A stretch of 51,901 nt of DNA from a candidate division WWE3 bacterium. GTDB lineage: Bacteria > Patescibacteriota > WWE3 > UBA101185 > UBA10185. The DNA is taken from positions 1 to 51,901 of the forward strand of contig QZJF01000012.1 of assembly GCA_003599255.1 (NCBI GenBank), read 5' to 3'. Each line of letters starts with the position of its first letter. Position 1 is the first letter of the stretch. Below are positions 17,767 through 26,413 of this stretch, piece after piece. The notes under the pieces are model-generated. The model was not told where the DNA came from and searched no databases. It saw nothing but the letters and a program-made list of their open reading frames with translations. The translations under genes and the position numbers were made by a program.

Positions 17767-19077
17767 GTGAAAAGATTTCTGCCTTTAATTATCTTAACCC
17801 TTCTTTTGGGGGGTTTTCTTGCAGCATTCTACAAACCTCATACAATATTGGCGGAAAACACCTTTTTTGGAAACATGAATATTGGCAAAATGAACCCGAA
17901 AGAGGCAGTTCTTCAAATCCGTAACATTCTCGAAAACCCAATTTACCTTAATGCGGATTTATCCAGTAGAGCTGTAACACTTGATGAAATAGGAATAGGG
18001 TATGACTTGATGCAACTTAGTGCGGCTGCAAAAACGCAATGCTTACTCGAAATCCGATCTTCAAGCAGACTTTGCATTGGTAATAAAACCGAGGAATTTA
18101 AAAACGATGTGATGACTGTTGATGAGGCTAAGTTAAAGGCATATCTAAAAGACTTAGAAGGAGATTTTGACTTTATTACCGAGAATACACAAATATCATA
18201 TGAAGATTATTCATTTGTCGCACCCGGTAAAAACGCTGAAGTAAAAATAGATTATGACGATTTTTTAAGTTCTTTAAAAACCGCCGTTGCAGATGTATCA
18301 AAAATCAAGATTAGAATATCAATTGAAACCGAAGACAGCGTAAATCAACAAAAAACTGAGAGTGCCGCCTTAATAGACAAAATAACCGCCCCCCTTTTAA
18401 TTAAATACGGAAGAAATCCTATATATATACAAAAAGCCGATTTGCTGAATTTTATTGACTCGTATGAAACCGCAGGAACATACAAAAACTATATTCTAGA
18501 AGAAAAAATCGAAGAATACCTTGAAAGTCTTGGAGAAAAGTATGGGTCAGATGATGTAAAAGTAATAATGCCTGATGCTGTAAAAGCCATACAAAATGCC
18601 CTGATACTAAAAGCGGCTAATTATGAGGTTAACAATGCCGTAATATTGCCATTAGAAGGTAAACCAAGAACTAACGGAGAGAAACATGATATCTATCTTG
18701 AAGTCATAAAATCCCAACAAAGGCTTTACAGATTTGAAAACGGTGAATTGGTTAAAACATATATTATATCTACTGGTTTAACCTGGGAAACACCATCAGG
18801 GGAATTTAGTGTCCTAGGGAAACAAAAAATGACAATTTCATATTTCGGGAACTGGTATATGCCTGATTATTTACCTATAGGAGTAATTAATGGACAATAT
18901 AGATTCGGATTTCACTCAATCCCTTATCACATGGATGGATACGGAAACATCTACTCTCGCGACCCAAACACCATGGGAAGTCCAGCAACAGGGGGTTGCA
19001 TACAGCTTAAACCCGAAGAAGCAACGGAACTGTTTGAATGGGCTGAGATCGGAACACCTGTATATATTTACGAATAA
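17767..19077 (+). CDS. L,D-transpeptidase (YkuD domain) with N-terminal anchor and stalk
   Basis: ISTG..ETPSGEF, GFHS, GSPATGGCIQL, IGTPVYIY. Confidence 0.88.
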   Translation: MKRFLPLIILTLLLGGFLAAFYKPHTILAENTFFGNMNIGKMNPKEAVLQIRNILENPIYLNADLSSRAVTLDEIGIGYDLMQLSAAAKTQCLLEIRSSSRLCIGNKTEEFKNDVMTVDEAKLKAYLKDLEGDFDFITENTQISYEDYSFVAPGKNAEVKIDYDDFLSSLKTAVADVSKIKIRISIETEDSVNQQKTESAALIDKITAPLLIKYGRNPIYIQKADLLNFIDSYETAGTYKNYILEEKIEEYLESLGEKYGSDDVKVIMPDAVKAIQNALILKAANYEVNNAVILPLEGKPRTNGEKHDIYLEVIKSQQRLYRFENGELVKTYIISTGLTWETPSGEFSVLGKQKMTISYFGNWYMPDYLPIGVINGQYRFGFHSIPYHMDGYGNIYSRDPNTMGSPATGGCIQLKPEEATELFEWAEIGTPVYIYE

Positions 19078-19083
19078 GAAATC

Positions 19084-19551
19084 TCACGGACACAAGTTAT
19101 CTGAGGGCACGGCAGAAGAATCGCATTCACGTATCTGACCCCATGCCGTTCTATATTTATAGTCTCTGTTATCACTGGCGTTAACCGTAATACCAATGGT
19201 CCTTCGAGCCGCATCAACCCAATAGGTATAAATTGCGCCCGCTGGCTCGTTGTTTGGCCAAACATCTACAAGATATGTGTTTATTACTGGATCGTCCTCG
19301 GGATTACCGTCACTATTTGGATCCAATGGGTACAAATTCTCGGTAGTCCTGTATGTCTCTACCACGTCTACCAGTTTTTGAAGGGTAGCACGTCTTACAG
19401 AGTCATCTGTACGAAGCCGGTGTCTTTGATAGTTGATGATAGAAGCGGTAGCCCCACTTAGTATGGCAATGACCATAGCCGTTATAAGTAGCTCAATCAT
19501 TGTGAAGCCGGAATTATACTTTTTTGATGTATGAAGGAATCTTTGATACAT
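19084..19551 (-). CDS. Type IV pilin-like protein (orphan)
   Basis: Prepilin cleavage motif G|FTMIELL followed by a hydrophobic helix. Confidence 0.88.
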   Translation of the reverse strand: MYQRFLHTSKKYNSGFTMIELLITAMVIAILSGATASIINYQRHRLRTDDSVRRATLQKLVDVVETYRTTENLYPLDPNSDGNPEDDPVINTYLVDVWPNNEPAGAIYTYWVDAARRTIGITVNASDNRDYKYRTAWGQIRECDSSAVPSDNLCP

Positions 19552-19626
19552 AAGGCAGTAACGCCATTATAGCACTTTAACTAATAGTATGATAATATTT
19601 GTCCGTCAAATTAACTAAAAATAATT

Positions 19627-20529
19627 ATGAAAGTAAATGTAGAAAAAAAGCCTAAGGCTACTATAGAACTAGCTATCACAATAGAAAATTCAAAGGTAAA
19701 GGAAGCATACGAAAAAGCGCTGGACAAAGCCGTGGAAAACACAGAAATTGAGGGCTTTCGCAAGGGTAAAGCTCCCCGCGATATGGTCAAAGAAAAAGTG
19801 GGCGAAAGAAACCTCTACGGAGATGTCATCAATGACCTCCTTCAAATATATTATCCGCAAGCACTTAAAGAAAATATGATAGTTCCCATAGCCAATCCCA
19901 AAGTGGAAATTAAGGAATTTGACATAGATAAAGATTTGGAATTTACCGCTACAATAGCCACAAAGCCAGAAGTAAAAGTAGGGGAGTACATCAAACCCCT
20001 CAAAGAGTCGTTCGAAGCCCGGCTTAGTGAAAAAAAGAAATCCAACGAGTCAAAAATTAAGAACGGCGAAAAAATTGATGAAGCGCATGTGCATGTCAGC
20101 CCAAACGAAATTATTGATATCCTCACTAAAGTATCCGAGGTAGAAATAGCGGATATTCTTGTTGAAGAGGAAACTGATCGTATGATGTCCCGCCTTCTGG
20201 ATCAAGCTCAGTCTATTGGATTATCTATCGACCAGTATCTTAAAGCGCAAAACAAAACAGCTGATCAACTCAAGAATGATTACAGCGATATAGCTGAGAA
20301 GAATCTCAAAGCTGAATTTATTTTAGGTAAATTGGTGCTGGATAAAAACATTGAAGTTACCGACAAAGAAATAGAGGAGACTATGGCAGCCGCGGGTTAC
20401 GAAAATGTTGAAGAAAGAATGAAAGATAATATTGAAAAATACTATATAAAAAGCATTCTTCAAAAAAATAAATTAATATCAAATTTAATCGAAGAAATTG
20501 AAGGAGAAAATCATCATGAGCATAAATAA
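19627..20529 (+). CDS. tig: Trigger factor, short form lacking the FKBP domain
   Basis: GFRKGKAP ribosome-binding loop; N and C domains only, 300 aa; upstream of clpP. Confidence 0.9.
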   Translation: MKVNVEKKPKATIELAITIENSKVKEAYEKALDKAVENTEIEGFRKGKAPRDMVKEKVGERNLYGDVINDLLQIYYPQALKENMIVPIANPKVEIKEFDIDKDLEFTATIATKPEVKVGEYIKPLKESFEARLSEKKKSNESKIKNGEKIDEAHVHVSPNEIIDILTKVSEVEIADILVEEETDRMMSRLLDQAQSIGLSIDQYLKAQNKTADQLKNDYSDIAEKNLKAEFILGKLVLDKNIEVTDKEIEETMAAAGYENVEERMKDNIEKYYIKSILQKNKLISNLIEEIEGENHHEHK

Positions 20530-21130
20530 TAATACTTTAGTACCAATAGTTGTAGAAAAAGAACCCAACGGCTTTGAAAGATCTTACGACATCTACTCGC
20601 GTCTTTTAAAAGACTTTATAGTCTTTGTCACCGGACCAATTGACATGTCCGTAGCAAATACGTTTATTGCACAAATGCTTTTTCTGGAGAGTGAAAACCC
20701 GGAAAGAGATATCTCTGTTTACATAAATTCACCCGGCGGTGAAGTATATTCAGGTATCGCTATGTACGATACTATCAAACATGTCAAAAATGATGTGAGA
20801 ACAGTAAATGTAGGGTTGGCGGCATCAGCAGCTTCACTACTTCTGGCCAGCGGAACAAAGGGCAAAAGAATTGCACTCCCAAACACATACACTATGATTC
20901 ATCAGCCGCTTATTTCCGGAGGAATAGGTGGGCAAGCCACTGATATTGAGATCGAGGCAAAACATATGATCAAGCTGAAACACCAGTTTGCACAAATAAT
21001 CTCCGAAAATACGAACGCAGATCTGGAGAAAACCCTGAAGGACATGGAACGAGACTATTGGATGACTGCAGGGGAAACAAAAGATTACGGTCTCATAGAC
21101 GAGATAATGGTCACCAAGAAAAAGAAATAA
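20516..21130 (+). CDS. clpP: ATP-dependent Clp protease proteolytic subunit
   Basis: DIYSRLL, YINSPGG, AASAA, MIHQP, ERDYWM; AAGGAG before ATG 20516. Confidence 0.96.
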   Translation: MSINNNTLVPIVVEKEPNGFERSYDIYSRLLKDFIVFVTGPIDMSVANTFIAQMLFLESENPERDISVYINSPGGEVYSGIAMYDTIKHVKNDVRTVNVGLAASAASLLLASGTKGKRIALPNTYTMIHQPLISGGIGGQATDIEIEAKHMIKLKHQFAQIISENTNADLEKTLKDMERDYWMTAGETKDYGLIDEIMVTKKKK

Positions 21131-21142
21131 CTAAAACTTTAT

Positions 21143-21199
21143 AAAAAAATACGGAAAGACAGGTTGCGCGGTTAAGCACATCTTATCTTTCCGTTTTTT
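21143..21199. terminator. Bidirectional intrinsic terminator
   Basis: A run, ACGGAAAGA...TCTTTCCGT stem, T run; lies between convergent genes. Confidence 0.75.
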
Positions 21200-21202
21200 G
21201 TC

Positions 21203-21436
21203 TCAGACCTCTGTTTTCTCCTTCCGGCGTTTGGGCTTATATACACGAATTTCCGCAGAAGGCGTGTAATCCCCATGGCAGGAGATCATATGATTCTGAA
21301 CGTCTTCGAGCGCGAAAAGGTCGGCTTCCAATTCTGACCGGGTGCTCGATCGCTCAAGAGTGCATCCGCAATCTTTCTTTGGACACCTAACCTTAACGAA
21401 ATATGTTACGGTGCCGTCATTAGAATTGCCTGACAT
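21203..21436 (-). CDS. Small putative zinc-binding protein
   Basis: CPKKDC...HMISCH, basic tail, strong SD AAGGAGG. Confidence 0.65.
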   Translation of the reverse strand: MSGNSNDGTVTYFVKVRCPKKDCGCTLERSSTRSELEADLFALEDVQNHMISCHGDYTPSAEIRVYKPKRRKEKTEV

Positions 21437-21527
21437 ACATCCTCCTTCTTCTTATAGGGTATTTGGATATTACTTTTTTATCATTGGTATGGAAAAAAAG
21501 CAAATAAGAATGTAGAATAGCGAGTAC

Positions 21528-21604
21528 GGGCTCCTAGCTCAGCCGGTTAGAGCGCTTCAGTGACATTGAAGAGGTCACAGGTTCGAGTCCTGTGGAGCCC
21601 ACCA
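21528..21604 (+). tRNA. tRNA-Val(GAC)
   Basis: Acceptor stem GGGCTCC/GGAGCCC, anticodon arm CTTCA-GTGACAT-TGAAG, GGTTCGAGTCC, CCA. Confidence 0.93.
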
Positions 21605-21641
21605 TTGAACCTATCATCCATTTGTATGTATCATTAATACA

Positions 21642-22577
21642 ATGAAAAATTCCGGGTATTACATTAAAACGCTTTTTCTGGCTCTCATAATCTTTTTTGT
21701 ATCTTACTTCCTGACAAAAACAATTTCCGAACCTATAAAAAATCAGAATTATTTTTCTTTCTCCGCAGAATACGCTGCAAAGATTATTTTATTGATGCTT
21801 GTTAACCTCTACGTATTCTCGCTTACAGTAGGCGCATGGAATAAGTGGGAACAATATATAATTGTTTCAATCCCGGTCTCACTGGCAATTTTCTTTGCAA
21901 TATTTCCGATAAGCCCCGCTTATGCCTTTATTTTAGCCTTCTTATCAGGAACACTTATATCCTTTGATGTATACAAATCAACAAGAATCAGTCAGCTTAT
22001 GATCAGATTTGATCCGAAAATCATTTTAAGATTGTCGACAAGCGGTTTATTGTTTGTTTTCAGTATCGTGGGTGGGGTGCTCGTGATACTTTACTCGTAT
22101 GTGTCTCCTGAATTTAACATTGGAAAAGAGATATCAAGTATTGTTGAGAAGCCTCTAAAATCAATCGTAGAAACACAGTTAAAAAACAATTTAGAGCAGC
22201 AACTTATACCGCTTAATTTAACAGGTAAAGAGGAAGTAAATTCAAGTGTAGAGGACTTGCTAAAACAATTCGGACTGGAACTCGAAGCGGAAGAAATCAA
22301 AAGCAACGTAAGCGAAACGGAGATTACTGAACAGATAATACAAAACCTGGATATTAAAAGTATAGTAGAAAAGGAAATAAACGGTTTCGTTGGGCCGTAC
22401 AAAAACCTGGTGCATCCCTTACTTGCAGTTCTTATGTTCGCACTGTTCCAATTTTATGCCGCAATAGCCCTGTTTCTTTATATTATTACAGTAGATGGAA
22501 TATTTTGGCTTGCACGTAAAACAGGGTTTTTTAAATCCACTCAAATTGATGTAAAAAAAGAGATACTAAAATTCTAG
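21642..22577 (+). CDS. Polytopic membrane protein of unknown function
   Basis: About six hydrophobic segments with one soluble loop. Confidence 0.75.
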   Translation: MKNSGYYIKTLFLALIIFFVSYFLTKTISEPIKNQNYFSFSAEYAAKIILLMLVNLYVFSLTVGAWNKWEQYIIVSIPVSLAIFFAIFPISPAYAFILAFLSGTLISFDVYKSTRISQLMIRFDPKIILRLSTSGLLFVFSIVGGVLVILYSYVSPEFNIGKEISSIVEKPLKSIVETQLKNNLEQQLIPLNLTGKEEVNSSVEDLLKQFGLELEAEEIKSNVSETEITEQIIQNLDIKSIVEKEINGFVGPYKNLVHPLLAVLMFALFQFYAAIALFLYIITVDGIFWLARKTGFFKSTQIDVKKEILKF

Positions 22578-23246
22578 TTCTTCTATTCTTTTTGCGGTGT
22601 CTATCATGTAAATACCTACTTTTGTTCTGACCAGTGACACTAAAGTTCCCCTAGATCCTATCTTCTCTCCAATATCCCGTGCTAAGGATCTTATATAAGT
22701 ACCGTGGGAACACCTGACATTTAGTTTAACAGTTGGTATTTGTTTTACGCCTTCGACGGTAGTTATTTCTTTATTTTCAAACCTCAGTATCTCAATGGTA
22801 TAAATACTTACAGTTTTTATCGGAAGTTGCTCTGTATCAACCGGTTTCCCGGATCTGGCCCGTCTGTATAGGGGTTTTCCTGAGACTTTGACTGCAGAAT
22901 ATAGTGGAACTCTCTGCTCAATTTGTCCTGTAAAACTGTTTAAAACGGGAGGTAATACCTTTTTAACATAATCCAACGAGGGTATATTAGCGATTTCAGG
23001 AATCACCTCCAAATCGTTAGTCTCAGAACATATTCCAAATCCAATTTCAGCAACATATTCCTTTTCCGTTTTCAGAACTTCGTCCTGTTTCTTTGTATCC
23101 GATCCTGTCAGAACAACTAAAACACCCTCAGCCAAAGGATCGAGCGTTCCCGCGTGTCCTACCTTCTTAATCCCGGATTTTTTTCTAAGCTGATACACAA
23201 TGTCGAAACTCGTAATTCCTTTCGGTTTGTAAATGTTTAAAATCAC
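22566..23246 (-). CDS. truB: tRNA pseudouridine(55) synthase
   Basis: KVGHAGTLDPLAEG, PLYSAVK, GTYIRSLARD; GTG 23246 lies 6 nt after TGnCATAAT. Confidence 0.95.
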   Translation of the reverse strand: MILNIYKPKGITSFDIVYQLRKKSGIKKVGHAGTLDPLAEGVLVVLTGSDTKKQDEVLKTEKEYVAEIGFGICSETNDLEVIPEIANIPSLDYVKKVLPPVLNSFTGQIEQRVPLYSAVKVSGKPLYRRARSGKPVDTEQLPIKTVSIYTIEILRFENKEITTVEGVKQIPTVKLNVRCSHGTYIRSLARDIGEKIGSRGTLVSLVRTKVGIYMIDTAKRIEELEF

Positions 23247-23266
23247 CTTCACATTATGCCAAGTTC

Positions 23267-23295
23267 TTGACACCACTACAATCAATACGTATAAC
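23267..23295 (+). promoter_or_regulatory. sigma70 promoter TTGACA-N17-TATAAC
   Basis: Perfect -35, 17-nt spacer, -10 ending 7 nt before ATG 23303. Confidence 0.75.
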
Positions 23296-23302
23296 TAAAA
23301 CA

Positions 23303-23365
23303 ATGGATTATTCCAAGTCTATACAATACACACTCACTACTACAACCCCTATAATGGGAAAATAA
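23303..23365 (+). CDS. Candidate Thr-rich leader peptide MDYSKSIQYTLTTTTPIMGK
   Basis: ACA CTC ACT ACT ACA ACC = 5 Thr in 6 codons; stop lies 62 nt before thrS. Confidence 0.55.
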   Translation: MDYSKSIQYTLTTTTPIMGK

Positions 23366-23427
23366 CTGTATCAAACATTTATATGTCTTTCAGACAAACA
23401 AAGTATAATAATTAGGAGAAGAATAAA

Positions 23428-25221
23428 ATGAGCAACATTAAAGTAATTGAAAAACTAAAAGACGATCCGCTAATGCCGCTAAGACACACTGCAGAACATA
23501 TCCTGCACATGTCTATGCAGGAGTTGTATCCGCAACTCAAAAAGGTTATGGGGCCACCAATAGAAGACGGTTTTTATTTTGATTTTGATCTGGAAGAAAA
23601 AATTACACCTGAGGATTTCGAAAAAATTGAAAAATTAATGCAGGAAATTGTTAATTTAGACCTACCGGTAACCCGCCTTGAGGTAACACTGGAAGAGGCT
23701 ATGGATATATTTAAGGATAATGAATATAAACTCCAATGGCTTGATGAAATAACCGACAGAAGCGAAAAGATCTCAATATATGAGATTGGGAGCCCCTCAG
23801 GAGAACATTATGACCGCGATCTCTGTGCAGGACCTCATGTAAATAGCACAGGGGCTGTTAAATCTTTTAAGCTGTTAAGTATAGCAGGAGCATATTGGAA
23901 AGGTGACGAGAAAAACAAAATGCTTCAGAGAATCTACGCTACCGCGTTTGATAGTGATGAGAAATTGGAAAAGTATCTCCAGAATCTCGAAGAAGCCAAA
24001 AGAAGAGATCACAGAAAATTAGGTAAAGAACTGGATCTGTTTACATTTTCAGAATTGATAGGCAGTGGATTTCCGCTTTATACTCCAAAAGGAGCCTTGA
24101 TAAGAAGGCTTGTAAATGAATATGTTGAAGAAATCCAAAGCGCACACGGATATCAGCAAGTCTGGACACCGCAAGTAGCAAAAGCTGATTTGTTCAAGAT
24201 TTCCGGGCACTACGATAAATACAAAGATGATATGTTTGAGGTTCGTTCTCACTACAGTAAAGAAGAATTCTACTTAAAACCCATGAATTGTCCACAGCAC
24301 ACACAGATATATGCTAGTAAACAGAGAAGTTACCGTGACCTCCCTTTAAGAATGACGGATTTTGCAATGCTCTATCGGGACGAGAAACCGGGTGAATTGA
24401 ATGGTTTAGCCAGGGTAAGAGCATTTTCACAGGATGATTGCCACGTTTTCTGTACAGAAGATCAGGTTGATGCAGAAATTGATATGGCTTTAAACATGAT
24501 AAAAGACATCATGAACACATTCGGCTTCAAATACAGATACAGATTATCAACCAGAGATCCTGAACATCCGGAAAAATTCCTCGGGGATCCTAAGATGTGG
24601 GATAAGGTTGAAAAGTGGGCTGAGGTTATCATGGAAAGAAATAACATTGAGTATTTCCCCGGTGTCGGCGAGGCTGCCTTTTATGCCCCGAAAATGGATT
24701 TAATGGCAACCGATGCTCTGGGACGGGAATGGCAGCTGTCCACCATACAGATTGATTACGTCATGCCGGAAAGATTCGGGCTGGAATACATAGATAAAGA
24801 CGGGGAAATAAAAAGACCTGTAATGCTACATAGGGCAATTATCGGCTCTCCTGAAAGGTTTATGATGATTCTGATTGAGCATTTTGCAGGAGCTTTTCCC
24901 GTATGGCTTTCTCCTGTACAAGCCCAGCTGATACCGATATCAGACAAACACGTTCCATATGCAGAGTCAGTGCTAGAAAATCTCAAAGAAGTAGGTATAC
25001 GCGCCGAATTAAACAGTAAAACTGACACAATGCAGGCAAAAATCAGAGATGCACAGCTGGAAAAGATACCTTATATGTTAATAGTAGGGGACAGGGAAGC
25101 CGAAAAAGGGGAAGTCAGCTTAAGATTAAGGACCGGGGAAGATTTGAAGTCAAAACCGCTTCCTGAGGTTATTGAAGGAATTAACAAAATCAGATTGACC
25201 AAAAGCCTGGATTTATGGTAA
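23428..25221 (+). CDS. thrS: Threonine--tRNA ligase
   Basis: RHTAEH, DLCAGPH, RDHRKLG, KPMNCP, QDDCH, HRAIIGS; SD AGGAG. Confidence 0.98.
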   Translation: MSNIKVIEKLKDDPLMPLRHTAEHILHMSMQELYPQLKKVMGPPIEDGFYFDFDLEEKITPEDFEKIEKLMQEIVNLDLPVTRLEVTLEEAMDIFKDNEYKLQWLDEITDRSEKISIYEIGSPSGEHYDRDLCAGPHVNSTGAVKSFKLLSIAGAYWKGDEKNKMLQRIYATAFDSDEKLEKYLQNLEEAKRRDHRKLGKELDLFTFSELIGSGFPLYTPKGALIRRLVNEYVEEIQSAHGYQQVWTPQVAKADLFKISGHYDKYKDDMFEVRSHYSKEEFYLKPMNCPQHTQIYASKQRSYRDLPLRMTDFAMLYRDEKPGELNGLARVRAFSQDDCHVFCTEDQVDAEIDMALNMIKDIMNTFGFKYRYRLSTRDPEHPEKFLGDPKMWDKVEKWAEVIMERNNIEYFPGVGEAAFYAPKMDLMATDALGREWQLSTIQIDYVMPERFGLEYIDKDGEIKRPVMLHRAIIGSPERFMMILIEHFAGAFPVWLSPVQAQLIPISDKHVPYAESVLENLKEVGIRAELNSKTDTMQAKIRDAQLEKIPYMLIVGDREAEKGEVSLRLRTGEDLKSKPLPEVIEGINKIRLTKSLDLW

Positions 25222-25229
25222 TTTACACT

Positions 25230-25268
25230 GCAAAGAATCTCACAGAGATTCCTTTGCTTTTCTGGAGG
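25230..25268 (+). promoter_or_regulatory. Hairpin with U tract, then a GGAGG SD, upstream of infC (terminator or leader)
   Basis: GCAAAG-AATCTC-aca-GAGATT-c-CTTTGC-TTTT, then GGAGG. Confidence 0.55.
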
Positions 25269-25276
25269 AATCTACA

Positions 25277-25783
25277 ATAGATCGATACTACGAAATAAAT
25301 AATAGAATTAAGGCATTCGAATTAAGAATAATAACAGGGGAAGGCGAGAATCTGGGCGTAATGAAGACACAGGATGCCTTGAATCTGGCAAGAGAAAAAG
25401 GACTTGATCTGATTGTGATTACTCCCAACAGCGTCCCGCCGGTCGCCAAGATGCTTGATTTTAAAAAGTTCCTTTACCAAGAGCGCAAGAAAAAGTCGAC
25501 AGCTAAGGTAAAGTCCAAAAAAAGCGAACTTAAGGAGATTAAGTTGGGTCCTTACACAGGTGAGGGCGATGTTACAAGGTGGGTAGAAAGAGCAAAGGAG
25601 TTTTTGGAAGAAGGAAACAGAGTGAAGGTTACAGTTACTCTTAGAGGACGAGAAAATCTTTATCCTGACCTTGGATTTGCAAAAATTAAGAAGTTTCAAG
25701 AGGCGTTAATTGAAGTAGCCAGACAGGAGTCGGAAACAAAACAGAGCGGAAATATGATAACAACTGTGTTTGTTTCCAAATAA
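25277..25783 (+). CDS. infC: Translation initiation factor IF-3, non-canonical ATA start
   Basis: In-frame extension DRYYEINNRIKAFELRIITGEGENLGVM upstream of ATG 25361; GGAGG 8 nt before ATA 25277. Confidence 0.92.
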   Translation: MDRYYEINNRIKAFELRIITGEGENLGVMKTQDALNLAREKGLDLIVITPNSVPPVAKMLDFKKFLYQERKKKSTAKVKSKKSELKEIKLGPYTGEGDVTRWVERAKEFLEEGNRVKVTVTLRGRENLYPDLGFAKIKKFQEALIEVARQESETKQSGNMITTVFVSK

Positions 25784-25786
25784 CAT

Positions 25787-26002
25787 ATGCCAAAGTTAAA
25801 AACAAAAAAGACACTTACAAAAAGAATAAGGGTAAGTAAAAACGGAAAGATAATTAAAAAGCAAACACGTATTGGTCACCTTAAATCAAAGTGGACTGCA
25901 AACAAGAAACATCGAAAAATGAGCAGAGAAACACAAGAAAACAGGGGACACATAACAGTTATCAAAAAGTTGCTTGCTAAGAAGGGAAATAAGGTAAGAT
26001 AA
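25787..26002 (+). CDS. rpmI: 50S ribosomal protein L35
   Basis: [17 protein letters not shown]; infC-rpmI-rplT order. Confidence 0.92.
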   Translation: MPKLKTKKTLTKRIRVSKNGKIIKKQTRIGHLKSKWTANKKHRKMSRETQENRGHITVIKKLLAKKGNKVR

Positions 26003-26003
26003 T

Positions 26004-26357
26004 ATGCCAAGAGTAAAAGGAGGGCCAAGAGCCCACAGAAAACACAGAAAAATAATTAAGCTGGCGAAAGGATATAGAGGTTCCAGAAACAGGCTCTACA
26101 GACGTGCTAGCGAGGCTGTAGAAAGAGCAGTTGAGCACTCTTTCGCAGGAAGAAAGCAAAAACGCAGAGATTTCAGACGTTTATGGATTGCAAGAATAAA
26201 CGCAGCCTTAACCGGAACTGATTTGAATTACAGTAGATTCATTAAAGGCCTTAAGACCGCCAAAATCGACTTAAATAGAAAGACTTTATCGGAAATGGCC
26301 ATTAATAACCCTAAAGCTTTTGAAGAAATAGTGAGCAAAGTCAAATCCTCGTTTTAA
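26004..26357 (+). CDS. rplT: 50S ribosomal protein L20
   Basis: [29 protein letters not shown]. Confidence 0.97.
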   Translation: MPRVKGGPRAHRKHRKIIKLAKGYRGSRNRLYRRASEAVERAVEHSFAGRKQKRRDFRRLWIARINAALTGTDLNYSRFIKGLKTAKIDLNRKTLSEMAINNPKAFEEIVSKVKSSF

Positions 26358-26413
26358 CCTTTCAACATATTAAGTTCTAGAGTTTTACTCGTTGTTAAGA
26401 TAGAATTTAAAAC

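Noticed and set aside
23290-23427. T-box or classical terminator/antiterminator upstream of thrS
   Set aside because: No T-box consensus and no GC-rich stem with a U tract; only a weak TGTCT-TTC-AGACA stem.
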